From assembly GCA_965242845.1 (NCBI GenBank), contig CBDETC010000002.1:297038-361037 (forward strand): DNA of 64,000 bases, read 5' to 3'. Origin of the DNA: Balneolaceae bacterium. Its GTDB lineage: Bacteria > Bacteroidota > Rhodothermia > Balneolales > Balneolaceae. Made by a program: the position numbers and the translations under genes. The notes beneath the pieces are model-generated. The model was not told where the DNA came from. It saw only the letters and a program-made list of their open reading frames with translations, and made no database searches. Below are positions 27,925-38,099 of this stretch, in pieces. Numbering within the stretch: the first letter of the stretch is position 1; each line of letters opens with the position of its first letter.

Positions 27925-28800
27925 ATGACCCTTTCCAAAACTACCCTAGGACCCTTTGAACTCTATTCGATAGAAACAGGAGACATCAAACTTGATGGAG
28001 GGGCTATGTTTGGAGTAGTTCCAAAAACACTTTGGTCGAGAGGTATCCCTGCCGATGAGAAAAATCGTATTTCAATGACAATGAGATGTCTTCTTATTAA
28101 ATCCAATCAAACAGGGAAAGTTTACCTCATTGACAATGGAGTAGGTACCAAATTCAATGAAAAAATGATGGGCATCTATCAGATCGATTTCTCTCAAAAG
28201 ACATTGCTTGGTTCTTTAGAAGCTCAGGGTTTCACTCCTGATGATATAACCGATATCATTTTTACTCATCTTCACTTCGACCATTGCGGGGGTACTACTC
28301 ATTTCAACGAGTCGAATGAAATAGCTTTCACTTTTCCGAATGCAATATATCACGTAACTAAACGGCATTTTGAAACAGCTACGAATCCTAATGCACGTGA
28401 AAAAGCCAGCTTCCTTTCAGATAATATCAATCCTTTGAAGAATCATCCGAACCTGAATTTGGTTGAAGATAATCATGAGTACGAACCTGGATTAGGTTCG
28501 ATAGTTGTAAATGGCCATACATTGGGACAACAGCTGCCAAAAATTGAAGGAGATGGCAAAACCATCGTATTTGTCGCTGATTTACTTCCTACACATGTTC
28601 ACTTGCCCTTGCCATGGGTAATGGGTTACGACATGCGGCCTATTGAAACACTAAATGAAAAAAAGGATTTCCTTGAAAAAGCGGTGTCTAATAATTGGAA
28701 CCTTTTTCTTGAACATGATTTAGAGGTAGAAATCATTAAAATCGGAAAAGAATCGAATAAATATATTATTACAGAAAAACTCCCTTTATCTGATCTTTAA
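27925..28800 (+). CDS. MBL-fold metallo-hydrolase
   Basis: HLHFDHCGG (HxHxDH) motif plus downstream His/Asp blocks. Confidence 0.75.
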   Translation: MTLSKTTLGPFELYSIETGDIKLDGGAMFGVVPKTLWSRGIPADEKNRISMTMRCLLIKSNQTGKVYLIDNGVGTKFNEKMMGIYQIDFSQKTLLGSLEAQGFTPDDITDIIFTHLHFDHCGGTTHFNESNEIAFTFPNAIYHVTKRHFETATNPNAREKASFLSDNINPLKNHPNLNLVEDNHEYEPGLGSIVVNGHTLGQQLPKIEGDGKTIVFVADLLPTHVHLPLPWVMGYDMRPIETLNEKKDFLEKAVSNNWNLFLEHDLEVEIIKIGKESNKYIITEKLPLSDL

Positions 28801-28860
28801 CGACAATTTTTAACCAAGATTTATAGTTTTTGATTGGGTAAAGTAGTTTCTTGATAAGCA

Positions 28861-31800
28861 ATGGAAAAAACTAATCCTGAATATTCTTCCCTCCAATTAA
28901 AAGAGATTCTTCAGAAAGCTCATCAAAGCTATAATCGAAGTAGCTTCCTGAGTATTGTTTTCGGTGGAGTTCTTGTGTTAATCCCCTGGCTATGTGTTCT
29001 TATTTTAATTGAACACATGTTCTATTTATCTCCAGGACTAAAAACGCTGGCTATTTTCGGAGCTTTACTCATTTCCGCTTTAGTGATTTGGAAGGGTTAT
29101 TCAATACGGAATGGAATTTCTTTCATCGAGTTCTATAGAAGCTTCGCTCGTTCATCAAATATTCCTGAGCTAAGCTATGCCCTTGACCTCGAAAAAACTG
29201 GCAATGCTCATCCGAAACTCGTTGAAGCAGCCATTTATAAAAACCTTGAGCAGATTGAAAGGAATTTATTCGTTGAATCTTTAAGCCAGTTTTTGACTCA
29301 ATCCGAAAGGGTCAAAGCGTCTAGAAGAAAAATGGCTCTATCAATAAGTGTGCTCCTTGTATTTGCCCTTACATCCTTTTCTTTTGACTCAGCTGGTAAA
29401 CGCGTTGGATTTTTCTGGCAAGAATTTGAAAAGCCAAATCCATTTAGTTTTAGCATCACCCCTGGCAATAGCACTCTTGAACAAGGAGCTCCATTCACTG
29501 TAATGGTTCAATTTGAAGGTGAAATACCAGAAGAAGTAGTTTTATATATGAAAACTCCTGTGGAGCAAAGCTTCAGAGCCAGGGATATGCAGTGGGATCT
29601 AAATACTATATTTTCTTCATCACCCTTCGATTTAAGTAACAATCTGGAATATTATGTAGAAATGGATGGGTACAAGAGTGAGAGTTTTTCCATTGATGTG
29701 CAGTTACGTCCACGATTTTCAGAACTTACTGCGATAGTCATTCCTCCTGCTTATACCAATCTTGACACAACTTCATTTACCTATCCATTTTCTAATATAC
29801 AGGGTTATGAAGGATCTGAGCTGATTCTATCGGGTATTATAAATAAACCTCTCTCTACTCTTCTACTAAATAGTAGTCAACAAATCGACTCACTGTCTTC
29901 TATCTCCAGCCAGTTTAACCACTCTATCACCATCACAGAAAATGATACACTTTGGTTTGGACTGGAAGATAATTCTGGTCTTAGTAATAGCAATACCTTT
30001 GAGTTTGTGCTACAAGCCATTCAGGATGAACACCCCTATGTTGAGCTAATTGAACCTTCAGCTTCTTTTGAGGCTGTAGAGCCCACAACAATCGAGTTAC
30101 TTTTCAGGGCTAGTGATGACTTTGATCTTACGAAAGCCTCACTTAATTATGAGCTTACGAAAGCATTCGTAAATACTCCCTATTCCGTTTCAACCGCTCT
30201 TGAACGACCTAGAAATGGAGCACTACAGTCTTTTATTTGGGATGTTAGCGATCTTAATCTTTCTCCAAAGGATGAGATCACCTTTTGGGTAGAGGTAACT
30301 GACAATGATGGATATAATGGGTATAAGACGAGCAAGTCACAGGAAATAACACTCACTGTTCCATCACTAGTCGACTATTTTGAAGGACTGGAAGAACGAG
30401 AAAGCGAGGTAGAAACTGATCTGGAAGATATTTCTGATGCATTCCAAGAAATGAGTGAGCAGTACGACACCTTCAAAGAACAGCTAAAAGAAAATCCTCA
30501 AATTGATTATGAAGATCAGCGGCAACTCGAAGAGGTGCTGGAACAACAAGAAGATATTCAGGAACGAATAGATGAATTAAACGAAAAGTTTGACGAGTTG
30601 AAGGAAGAGCTGAGTGAGAAGAATATGCTTTCCGAAGAAACACTCGAAGCTTATGATGAACTCAAAGAACTAATGGAACAAATTGATGATCCTGCGTTCA
30701 GAGAGGCGCTGGAAAAGCTTCAAGAGCAGATGAGTGAAATGAGCCCTGAACAACTTCGACAAGCTCTTCAGGAGGCTGAATTCAATGAAGAACTTTACCG
30801 TCAGAGATTGGAAAGAACTCTTGAATTGTTCAAAAACCTGAAGATGCAATCTGATCTCGAAAAACTTGCCGAGTCTTATGAGGATATGGCTCGTCAGGAA
30901 GAAGAACTTTCTCAAGATGAGTTTTCTCCCGAAATGGAAGAGCAACAGAAGGAAGATGCCATTAAGGAATTGGAGCAACTTTCGGAGCAGCTAGAAAAAC
31001 TTTCTGAGAATATGACCTCAGAGAATGAACAAGCCGTCCAGGAGCTACAAGAAAAATCCGAAGAAGAGATTGAAGCTATTAAAGAAAAAGTTGAAGAGAT
31101 ACTTCAGGATATTGAAGAAGCCTTGGAAAATGGTATCACTGAAGCCCAAAAGGAAAATATTGAGAGCAAGCGGCAAGAGCTGAAAAATAGATTGTCCAAC
31201 CTGGCAGAGGAGACAAGAAATACAGCTAATCAAATTCAGCAGCAGCAGGAACAAATTGATATGGCTGGACTGACTTATATTTTGTATTCCCTACTTAATC
31301 TTTCGATTGAGCAAGAAGATCTTGTCAGCTATGCTAGTAATACCGAAAATAGAAGTCAGGCCTTTGTCACCTATGCCAGAGATCAGAAGAATGTTGAAGA
31401 TATCTTTATTTCACTTTCAGATTCTTTGTTCGAGTTATCCAAATCTGTGCCCCAGCTTTCAAACATGGTTCTTCAGAAGAAAGAAGAAGTAGAATTAAGA
31501 CTTTCTGGTTCTCTTGAACAAATGGCAGAAAGAAGTCAGAGTAAAGCATCAGTAGCATCTCGTCAAGCTTTAGGGGGGATTAACGATTTGGCATTTATGA
31601 TTGCCAATTTGCTCGAACAAGATCCGAATAACCAGGGAGAAGGCTCCGGTAGCGGGCAGCCTTCCATGGAGCAAATGATTGAGCAGATGCAACAAATGGG
31701 TGAAAACCAACAGCAGCTTAATCAGCAGTTACAGGATATGATTAACGAGATGCAGGGTGAACGTTTGACCCAGGATCAAATGGAAAGACTTGACCAAATC

Positions 31801-32226
31801 TCAAAACAGCAAAACCAGATTAGAAAACAACTACAGGAAATGCAGCGAAGTGGTCAGCTAGACGGCGGAGATCAGCTAGGTAGCGAAATCGAGAGAATGA
31901 TTGAAGAAATGGAAGATACCATTAACGATTTACGAGGAGGAGCATTAGACCCTACTCTTATAGAGCGTCAACAGAATATCTTGTCAAGAATGCTGGAAGC
32001 TGAAGACGCACTCCAGGAACGTGACGAGGAAGAAAAAAGAGAAGGAGAATCTGGAAATGATTTACAACGTGCTACCCCTCCCGAACTAACTCTTGAGGAG
32101 TTGGAAAAACAAATCAGAAACAGACTTAATGACCCAAACTTCACTAAGTACTCACCTGATTATCAGCGATTGATTGAAAAGTACTTCGAACTCCTAAAGA
32201 CGATTCAGGAACGAGAGATTCAGTAA
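28861..32226 (+). CDS. large membrane-anchored protein with a very long acidic/Gln-rich coiled-coil region (architecture reminiscent of DUF4175)
   Basis: 1121 aa. N-terminal TM helices at about residues 28-80 and about 160-175, then a beta-rich middle region. The E/Q/L-rich heptad-like sequence runs from about residue 505 to about residue 790 (around 30.4-31.2 kb) and resumes from about residue 920 to about residue 1075 (around 31.6-32.1 kb). A non-heptad segment (AGLTYILYSLLNLS...) separates the two blocks. Confidence 0.5.
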   Translation: MEKTNPEYSSLQLKEILQKAHQSYNRSSFLSIVFGGVLVLIPWLCVLILIEHMFYLSPGLKTLAIFGALLISALVIWKGYSIRNGISFIEFYRSFARSSNIPELSYALDLEKTGNAHPKLVEAAIYKNLEQIERNLFVESLSQFLTQSERVKASRRKMALSISVLLVFALTSFSFDSAGKRVGFFWQEFEKPNPFSFSITPGNSTLEQGAPFTVMVQFEGEIPEEVVLYMKTPVEQSFRARDMQWDLNTIFSSSPFDLSNNLEYYVEMDGYKSESFSIDVQLRPRFSELTAIVIPPAYTNLDTTSFTYPFSNIQGYEGSELILSGIINKPLSTLLLNSSQQIDSLSSISSQFNHSITITENDTLWFGLEDNSGLSNSNTFEFVLQAIQDEHPYVELIEPSASFEAVEPTTIELLFRASDDFDLTKASLNYELTKAFVNTPYSVSTALERPRNGALQSFIWDVSDLNLSPKDEITFWVEVTDNDGYNGYKTSKSQEITLTVPSLVDYFEGLEERESEVETDLEDISDAFQEMSEQYDTFKEQLKENPQIDYEDQRQLEEVLEQQEDIQERIDELNEKFDELKEELSEKNMLSEETLEAYDELKELMEQIDDPAFREALEKLQEQMSEMSPEQLRQALQEAEFNEELYRQRLERTLELFKNLKMQSDLEKLAESYEDMARQEEELSQDEFSPEMEEQQKEDAIKELEQLSEQLEKLSENMTSENEQAVQELQEKSEEEIEAIKEKVEEILQDIEEALENGITEAQKENIESKRQELKNRLSNLAEETRNTANQIQQQQEQIDMAGLTYILYSLLNLSIEQEDLVSYASNTENRSQAFVTYARDQKNVEDIFISLSDSLFELSKSVPQLSNMVLQKKEEVELRLSGSLEQMAERSQSKASVASRQALGGINDLAFMIANLLEQDPNNQGEGSGSGQPSMEQMIEQMQQMGENQQQLNQQLQDMINEMQGERLTQDQMERLDQISKQQNQIRKQLQEMQRSGQLDGGDQLGSEIERMIEEMEDTINDLRGGALDPTLIERQQNILSRMLEAEDALQERDEEEKREGESGNDLQRATPPELTLEELEKQIRNRLNDPNFTKYSPDYQRLIEKYFELLKTIQEREIQ

Positions 32227-32233
32227 TCCGGCT

Positions 32234-32977
32234 TTATTTCTTATTTCTCTCTACAATTTTGTGATAAGCCTGTACCACAGCCCTCGTTGACTGACCGCTC
32301 ATAACTTCTGAAACTTCTTTTGTTTGCTCTATTGCATTGGCTGGAGAAAACGGCATACCCACAATAGTTAATCCAGGAATATCTCCAGAGGAATCTCCGA
32401 TATAGGCTACCTCATCGAGCTTCAGATTAAGATAATCACAGAGCATGGATATCCCTTTCCCCTTATTAGCGCCGGTCTGAATAATATTCACCGAAACTTC
32501 AGTTTTATGTACTTCAAAGCTGGGAAATTGATCATGTATAAATTTTACTGCCAGGTCATAAATCCTATCAATAATAGTAGAATCTGGGTGAATAAATCCT
32601 ACATCAGTAAATTTAGTGAACTCAGGAATTACCCCGCTATATACACTAAAAATTTCCTCTTGAGCCCACTTTCTTATTTCAGCGATCTGATCCTTGGCGA
32701 TATCATCAAATGACTCAGACCAAATGAGCTCATTCTTTTTAACATCATACATCCCTCCTCCGCTTTCGAAAATAAAGGGGAGAGATACTCCTAAAATCTG
32801 TGCCTGAGCTTCTGCATAGGGCATTGGCCTTCCGGTACAAATAGTTAGAGGTGGTATAAATTCATCGTTGGCACTTTGGAGATTTAATGCTCTCAGCTCA
32901 GTATATGCTCCCCAATCTGGAGTTTGGAATGGATCAGTTACGCAGCCATCAAGATCCGTAATGAATAATTTGATCAT
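32234..32977 (-). CDS. HAD-superfamily (IIB-like) phosphatase
   Basis: N-terminal FITDLDGCVTD (DxDGT motif I) and C-terminal GDSSGD motif IV. Its ATG abuts the stop of the upstream VWA gene. Confidence 0.6.
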   Translation of the reverse strand: MIKLFITDLDGCVTDPFQTPDWGAYTELRALNLQSANDEFIPPLTICTGRPMPYAEAQAQILGVSLPFIFESGGGMYDVKKNELIWSESFDDIAKDQIAEIRKWAQEEIFSVYSGVIPEFTKFTDVGFIHPDSTIIDRIYDLAVKFIHDQFPSFEVHKTEVSVNIIQTGANKGKGISMLCDYLNLKLDEVAYIGDSSGDIPGLTIVGMPFSPANAIEQTKEVSEVMSGQSTRAVVQAYHKIVERNKK

Positions 32978-33997
32978 TTATTTCTCTTCTTTGTATGCAG
33001 GAACCAATACAGAAACAACGAAGCAAACCAGAGCTAAAGCTCCCATCCACTGGTATTGATTTTTAAAATCGGCATACTCCTGACTAGAGAATTCTCCTTT
33101 TTCCAACTCATCAACCCTGGCGAGAAAAGCATCAATTCCATCGTTACCCCTTTCAATTTCGTAATAATTCCCATTTCCCTTTGCTGCTATCTGCCTTAAC
33201 ACATCGCGTTGTAATGCTGTAGTTACTACTTTTCCGTCCCTGTCTCGCTTATAGCCTATCAATTGACCTGTTTCATTTTCATATAGAGGGATAGTAGTAC
33301 CTTCAGAAGAACCGATACCAAGAGTATAAATTGAAATAGAATTTCCGATAAGACTTTCAAGTGATTCCTCAAAAGATTGACCATGATCTTCCCCATCCGA
33401 TATGATGAGTAATACTTTAGCTGCCTCAGTAGCATTCTCTTCTAATGACTCAAAGGCGGAAAGTGCTGTCTCCATGGCCGATTGAAAATCTGTAGCAGAG
33501 CTTGGCATCTGATCCGTATCTACAATTTCCAAAAATAACCGGAGAGCAGAATAATCAAGCGTCATTGGACTTTGCAAATAAGCCTCACCAGTGAAAACAA
33601 TCAATCCAACCCGGTCTCCTTTCAACCTCTCTATCAATCGATTTATCTCGAACTTAGCTTTTTCCAATCTGCTTGGGCGAACATCCTCTGCATTCATACT
33701 CGCAGAAAGATCAAGTGCAATCAGCATATCTACACCGCGTCGCTTTACCTCACGAACTTCAGTCCCAATTTTTGGACCAGCTAAAGAGGTTATCAAAAAA
33801 AGCAAGCCTAGTAATGTCAAAACCGTTTTAGTAATAGCTCCAAATGACCAGAATCCTCTTCTTAACGATTGGAATAATTCATCCTCAAAAAAGGATTGCT
33901 GTGCTTTTTGAATAGACCGATTTTTGGTCCACATCAAAAGGACCAAAATGGGGATAGCGAGTAAAAGCCAAAGATATAGTGAGTTCTCCCAAATCAT
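32978..33997 (-). CDS. VWA-domain membrane protein (BatA-like)
   Basis: N-terminal TM pair typical of the BatA N-terminus (LYLWLLLAIPILVLLMW), a VWA MIDAS block DMLIALDLSASM and a C-terminal TM helix. Confidence 0.75.
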   Translation of the reverse strand: MIWENSLYLWLLLAIPILVLLMWTKNRSIQKAQQSFFEDELFQSLRRGFWSFGAITKTVLTLLGLLFLITSLAGPKIGTEVREVKRRGVDMLIALDLSASMNAEDVRPSRLEKAKFEINRLIERLKGDRVGLIVFTGEAYLQSPMTLDYSALRLFLEIVDTDQMPSSATDFQSAMETALSAFESLEENATEAAKVLLIISDGEDHGQSFEESLESLIGNSISIYTLGIGSSEGTTIPLYENETGQLIGYKRDRDGKVVTTALQRDVLRQIAAKGNGNYYEIERGNDGIDAFLARVDELEKGEFSSQEYADFKNQYQWMGALALVCFVVSVLVPAYKEEK

Positions 33998-34034
33998 ACA
34001 CTCTAAAGATACGTTCCCATATACTTGAGCTCAA

Positions 34035-35315
34035 CTATTGGACGATTACAACTTGTAAATCCATCAAGTTTTTTCCGGTTAAACCTGTTTTGATAATCGT
34101 CCCCATTTGTTCATGGAAGTGGTACGAATCATTATTCTGTAGATATTCCTCTGGTGATATCTTCTTTTTTCTAGCTTTTAATGTGGTATAAGAATCCACA
34201 ATAGCTCCAGCAGCGTCTGTAGGTCCATCTATACCATCCGTACCAATACTGAGTATAGAGATAGAGTGCTGACCCTCTATCGATAATGCAGACATCAAAG
34301 CCAATTCTTGATTCCTCCCCCCCTTACCTTTGCCCTTCACATTTACTGTACTTTCACCATAAAAAAATAGCGCTGCCGGTTTTTGAATAGGGTCATTAGT
34401 ACTCAAAACTGATATAGCTTTGCTACAGATTTCCTTTGAAACTATTCTTACATCTTCATTATATGCTCTCTCAGCAACCCAGGTATTAAAGCCTGCCTCT
34501 TTATAAATCTGCTCAACTTCCGAGATAAAATCAGTGGCTTTAGATACTACATGAACTTCATGATTTGGGTGGTCATTTATTCTTGGCTTAGGTGTATCAG
34601 GTATCAACCCTTCAATTCCCTTCGATATATGATTCCGAACCGAAGTAGGGAGTCGATCCCAGAGTTCACATTTATTTAGAACATCTAACGCGTCTACAAA
34701 AGTTGAAGAATCACAAATAGTAGGCGCACCTCCAATAGTCTCAAGATCATCTCCTGGAACATCAGACTCAATAATTGTAATCAAGTTGACGTGATGAAGT
34801 GCTTGTGCTAGCTGACCTCCTTTAAGAAGGCAAAGATGCTTACGAACAACATTTATATCCTTAATGGGAGCCCCCGAGTTTAGCAAAAGCTTATAGGTAA
34901 AAGCGAGCTCTTCCTCATTAATACCATTTGGAGGGATACTGAGCATTGATGAAGCCCCACCTGAAAGAAAGAATACTACTGTTTCACCAGCAGGAATTTT
35001 CTTTGCGAGCTCAAGAAGTTCATAGGAAGCAGCAATGGTATTAGAATCCGGATAAGGATGTGAGCCTCGAAATATTTGAATATTTCCTAAGGCTATTGGT
35101 TCATTACGAGTGATTAGTAATCCATCAATAACTTGAGGATTTTCATGCTTAAGCAGCTCTTTTAATAATGAACCAGAGCCTTTACCTGCCCCAAGCACCC
35201 AAATAGGCTTATTAGTATTAAGTATAGGAACCTTAACACTTATACTAGAAGACTCTTGTAGTAATGCTAAACAATCTTCAAAAAAGGGATATGTTGAGTT
35301 GTTTAGGTTACTCAA
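34035..35315 (-). CDS. glycerate kinase, DUF4147/MOFRL family (glycerate 2-kinase / hydroxypyruvate-reductase-like)
   Basis: 426 aa with GAGKGSG near the N-terminus and the MOFRL signature GKGGRNQELAL...GTDGIDGPTDAAGA. Confidence 0.8.
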   Translation of the reverse strand: MSNLNNSTYPFFEDCLALLQESSSISVKVPILNTNKPIWVLGAGKGSGSLLKELLKHENPQVIDGLLITRNEPIALGNIQIFRGSHPYPDSNTIAASYELLELAKKIPAGETVVFFLSGGASSMLSIPPNGINEEELAFTYKLLLNSGAPIKDINVVRKHLCLLKGGQLAQALHHVNLITIIESDVPGDDLETIGGAPTICDSSTFVDALDVLNKCELWDRLPTSVRNHISKGIEGLIPDTPKPRINDHPNHEVHVVSKATDFISEVEQIYKEAGFNTWVAERAYNEDVRIVSKEICSKAISVLSTNDPIQKPAALFFYGESTVNVKGKGKGGRNQELALMSALSIEGQHSISILSIGTDGIDGPTDAAGAIVDSYTTLKARKKKISPEEYLQNNDSYHFHEQMGTIIKTGLTGKNLMDLQVVIVQ

Positions 35316-35790
35316 GTTTTCCAGTTTTTTTTAAGTAGGCTAATCCCACCAATCCTAACGAACATAAAGGAACTAAATATCTGGATAAGAGATCTGGAAC
35401 CAATAGAAAGTTGTGATAAAAATTTATTCCAATTGCCAAAAAGAAGAATGAGATCAATCCTGAGATAACATGAATACCAGCTAGTATTAAATATTCATTC
35501 TTCCCAGCCCCTACTAAAACCAACCCTAGTACTGAGAATAAAAAAAATGATCCAAAAGGGATTTTATATTGCCAATTATAGCTCGACTCTTCGGATTGTT
35601 CATAGAAAGTAAAACCAACAGAAGACTGAGCAAAAAAAGCTATGTTAGAGTCCTCTTCAACTAATCCATATGTATTTGGCAGTATACTCCCTAAATGCAC
35701 ATCATGTATCGCTGATCTTACTTTCCTAACGCCAAGAAAGTAAATTGCCACTATTACTATAAATAGCAATAATTTTTTAAGCAGAGGCAT
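35308..35790 (-). CDS. exosortase F system-associated membrane protein (putative)
   Basis: 160 aa, about 4 TM helices. Lies immediately downstream of and overlaps the XrtF-like gene by 14 nt, as expected for the XrtF partner family. Assigned from context and size, not from a motif. Confidence 0.55.
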   Translation of the reverse strand: MPLLKKLLLFIVIVAIYFLGVRKVRSAIHDVHLGSILPNTYGLVEEDSNIAFFAQSSVGFTFYEQSEESSYNWQYKIPFGSFFLFSVLGLVLVGAGKNEYLILAGIHVISGLISFFFLAIGINFYHNFLLVPDLLSRYLVPLCSLGLVGLAYLKKTGKLE

Positions 35791-36307
35791 TTTCTAAGTC
35801 AATAGAAGATTTAAAATCACCATCACTAAACTTTACCCAGGTCATCCACATAACGAAAATGACGATATAGAAAATCGTAGTAGTAGAATAATCATGGGTA
35901 AAATCAAAAAACTCAACCCACTCTTCTTGAGTAATCGCTAGAATGACAATCCTAAAAATATTTACAATATAGATTACTCCAATACCCAACAAACAAAAGC
36001 TGACTCTATTTCTCCAATCACCTGGATAAGCCAGAATAAACCCTAGGAAGAGTCCAATAGCTGAAATACCTGTACATCCATCTACCAGTTCTATTCCCCG
36101 GTTTTCCCCTATCCCTAAAGTTCTATGTATTGACCAGGTTTCATATCCTAGTGCTTGTATTACCCCCGAGCTAACGCTTACAATATTCAGTGACAACCAC
36201 TCGTCTAGCCTACCATCAGGTAAAAGCCATAGCTCGTAAACCACATACCATACAATGAAGATTCCTAAAGCTTTAAGAATGAATTGTGTAATTGGAGATT
36301 TAAGCAT
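35777..36307 (-). CDS. xrtF: exosortase family protein XrtF
   Basis: 176 aa polytopic protein. Has the exosortase-type catalytic arrangement Cys (VDGCTGISAIGLF), Arg (NIFRIVILA) and His (FTHDY). Small size and FCB-group context fit the XrtF clade. Confidence 0.7.
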   Translation of the reverse strand: MLKSPITQFILKALGIFIVWYVVYELWLLPDGRLDEWLSLNIVSVSSGVIQALGYETWSIHRTLGIGENRGIELVDGCTGISAIGLFLGFILAYPGDWRNRVSFCLLGIGVIYIVNIFRIVILAITQEEWVEFFDFTHDYSTTTIFYIVIFVMWMTWVKFSDGDFKSSIDLENASA

Positions 36308-36310
36308 GGT

Positions 36311-37510
36311 TTAATGTAAAGCTTTTGCAATAGTTTTAACCACTTTTTCTTGTTGACTCTCATTGAGTTCTGGGTAAATTGGAATCGATAATGCCTGGCG
36401 ACTTAAGCATTCTGAGATCGAACAATCTTCAGGCTTATAGCCCAATTCAGAAAAACACTCTTGCATATGCAGTGAAACGGGATAATAGATAGCGGAGCCA
36501 ATACCTGCTTCTTTTAAAGCTTCCATCACCTTCTCTCTGTTCTTTACTCTTAGCGTATATTGATGGTAAATATGTCTTCCGCCAATTTCAGGATCACCAG
36601 TGGTTTCTATCGGGAGAAAAACTTTCCCAGCCTGCAATTCACTGTCTCTTTGCAAAGGCTGCACAAGCCCGTATTCATGAAAAAGTGAGCTATAATTCAT
36701 TGCTTTGTCTCGTCGAGCATGAGACCATTGATCTAGGTATCTCAGTTTAATAGATAGCACTGCTGCCTGTATAGCATCGAGGCGACTATTTATTCCTACA
36801 TATTTGTGATAATATTTAGGTTGAGCTCCATGAAGACGTAGGATATCTAATTTTTGAGCTAACTCTTCATTATTGGTCGTAACTAACCCAGCGTCTCCAT
36901 AAGCACCTAGGTTTTTGCTTGGGAAGAAACTAAAACACCCTATGTCCCCAATATTACCAGCTTGTATACCTTGATACATCGAACCAATTGATTGAGCTGC
37001 ATCTTCAATAACATGTAAACCGAATTCTCTTGCTATCTCCATTATAGGATTCATTTCAGCTACTTGACCATATAGATGAACAGGAATAATAGCTTTTACC
37101 TTATTGAGATCAGGTTGAATACGATTGTATGTAGATCCCTTTCCTCGAAGGAATTCTTCAACTTTTGATGGATCTAAATTAAAAGTCACCGGATCGATAT
37201 CAATAAATACTGGTATTGCTCCTAACCTATGTACAGCACCTGCAGTAGCAAAAAAAGTGAACGGAGGAAGAATGACATAGTCTCCCGGTTTAATCCCAAT
37301 CGCCATTAATGAAAGTAAGAGTGCATCAGATCCAGAAGCGCATCCAAATGCGAACTCTGATTGACAGTACTTTGCAGCTTCTTTTTCGAATTCCTTTACA
37401 AAATCACCCATTATAAAGTGCTGCGATTCCAACACTTTTTTTATCGAGGGTTCTATTTCACCTCTTATTGTTTCGTATTGAGCTTTAAGATCTAGAAGAG
37501 GGATATTCAT
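36311..37510 (-). CDS. DegT/DnrJ/EryC1 PLP-dependent aminotransferase (WbpE-like, UDP-3-keto-GlcNAcA aminotransferase)
   Basis: Family blocks [17 protein letters not shown] and [16 protein letters not shown] (PLP Lys). Specificity is inferred from the adjacent WbpB- and WbpD-like genes. Confidence 0.7.
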   Translation of the reverse strand: MNIPLLDLKAQYETIRGEIEPSIKKVLESQHFIMGDFVKEFEKEAAKYCQSEFAFGCASGSDALLLSLMAIGIKPGDYVILPPFTFFATAGAVHRLGAIPVFIDIDPVTFNLDPSKVEEFLRGKGSTYNRIQPDLNKVKAIIPVHLYGQVAEMNPIMEIAREFGLHVIEDAAQSIGSMYQGIQAGNIGDIGCFSFFPSKNLGAYGDAGLVTTNNEELAQKLDILRLHGAQPKYYHKYVGINSRLDAIQAAVLSIKLRYLDQWSHARRDKAMNYSSLFHEYGLVQPLQRDSELQAGKVFLPIETTGDPEIGGRHIYHQYTLRVKNREKVMEALKEAGIGSAIYYPVSLHMQECFSELGYKPEDCSISECLSRQALSIPIYPELNESQQEKVVKTIAKALH

Positions 37511-38091
37511 GACTCTAGCACAAAAACCTGGCCATTTTTAAGTTGATATCGTTCACCTGTTTCTTCACAAACTGCATTATCTCTATCGTCAAAAAATAAA
37601 CGATTTCCAGCTTTTGAAACCCATCCTATTTGCTTTCCAGGATTTCCTACTACCAAAGCAAACGCAGAAACATTTTTTGTAACAACAGTTCCAGCACCAA
37701 TAAATGAGTATTCACCTATCTCATTTCCACAAATAATAGTCGCGTTTGCCCCTATCGATGCCCCTTTTCGGACAACAGTAGTTTTATACTCGTCTTTCCT
37801 TTCAACATGACTTCTCGGGTTAATTACATTAGTAAATACCATACTTGGCCCGCAAAACACGTCATCTTCAAGTACCACAGCATCATAGATAGAGACATTA
37901 TTCTGTACTCTGACGTTATCACCAATCAAAACATGATTACCAATAAACACATTTTGCCCAAAGACACAGTTTTTCCCAATCTCTGCATTAGGCATGATGT
38001 GTGCCCAATGCCAAACTTTAGTTCCAGTTCCGATACTATCCGGATTTTCTACTATAGCAGTTGCGTGGATAAAAAAGTTATTCTCGGGCAT
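37507..38091 (-). CDS. hexapeptide-repeat N-acetyltransferase (WbpD/WlbB-like)
   Basis: Left-handed beta-helix repeats. The block [31 protein letters not shown]...[20 protein letters not shown] closely parallels WlbB/WbpD as I recall them. Confidence 0.75.
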   Translation of the reverse strand: MPENNFFIHATAIVENPDSIGTGTKVWHWAHIMPNAEIGKNCVFGQNVFIGNHVLIGDNVRVQNNVSIYDAVVLEDDVFCGPSMVFTNVINPRSHVERKDEYKTTVVRKGASIGANATIICGNEIGEYSFIGAGTVVTKNVSAFALVVGNPGKQIGWVSKAGNRLFFDDRDNAVCEETGERYQLKNGQVFVLES

Positions 38092-38099
38092 TTTCGAAC

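Noticed and set aside
30670-31254. K/F/L-rich antisense ORFs (30670-30978, 31045-31254), and the impression of a DNA tandem repeat or CRISPR-like periodicity in the GAA/GAG-rich stretch.
   Set aside because: This is the reverse complement of the E/Q/L-rich coiled-coil coding sequence. The periodicity is an imperfect codon-level bias with no exact direct repeats or spacers.
32234-35315. Glycerate kinase plus HAD-IIB phosphatase as a mannosylglycerate or glucosylglycerate compatible-solute pathway.
   Set aside because: There is no glycosyl-3-phosphoglycerate synthase in the window. The MOFRL kinase makes 2-phosphoglycerate rather than consuming it for solute synthesis, and the HAD protein shows no specific MPGP motif. 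The idea stays open only as a note under the XrtF finding.
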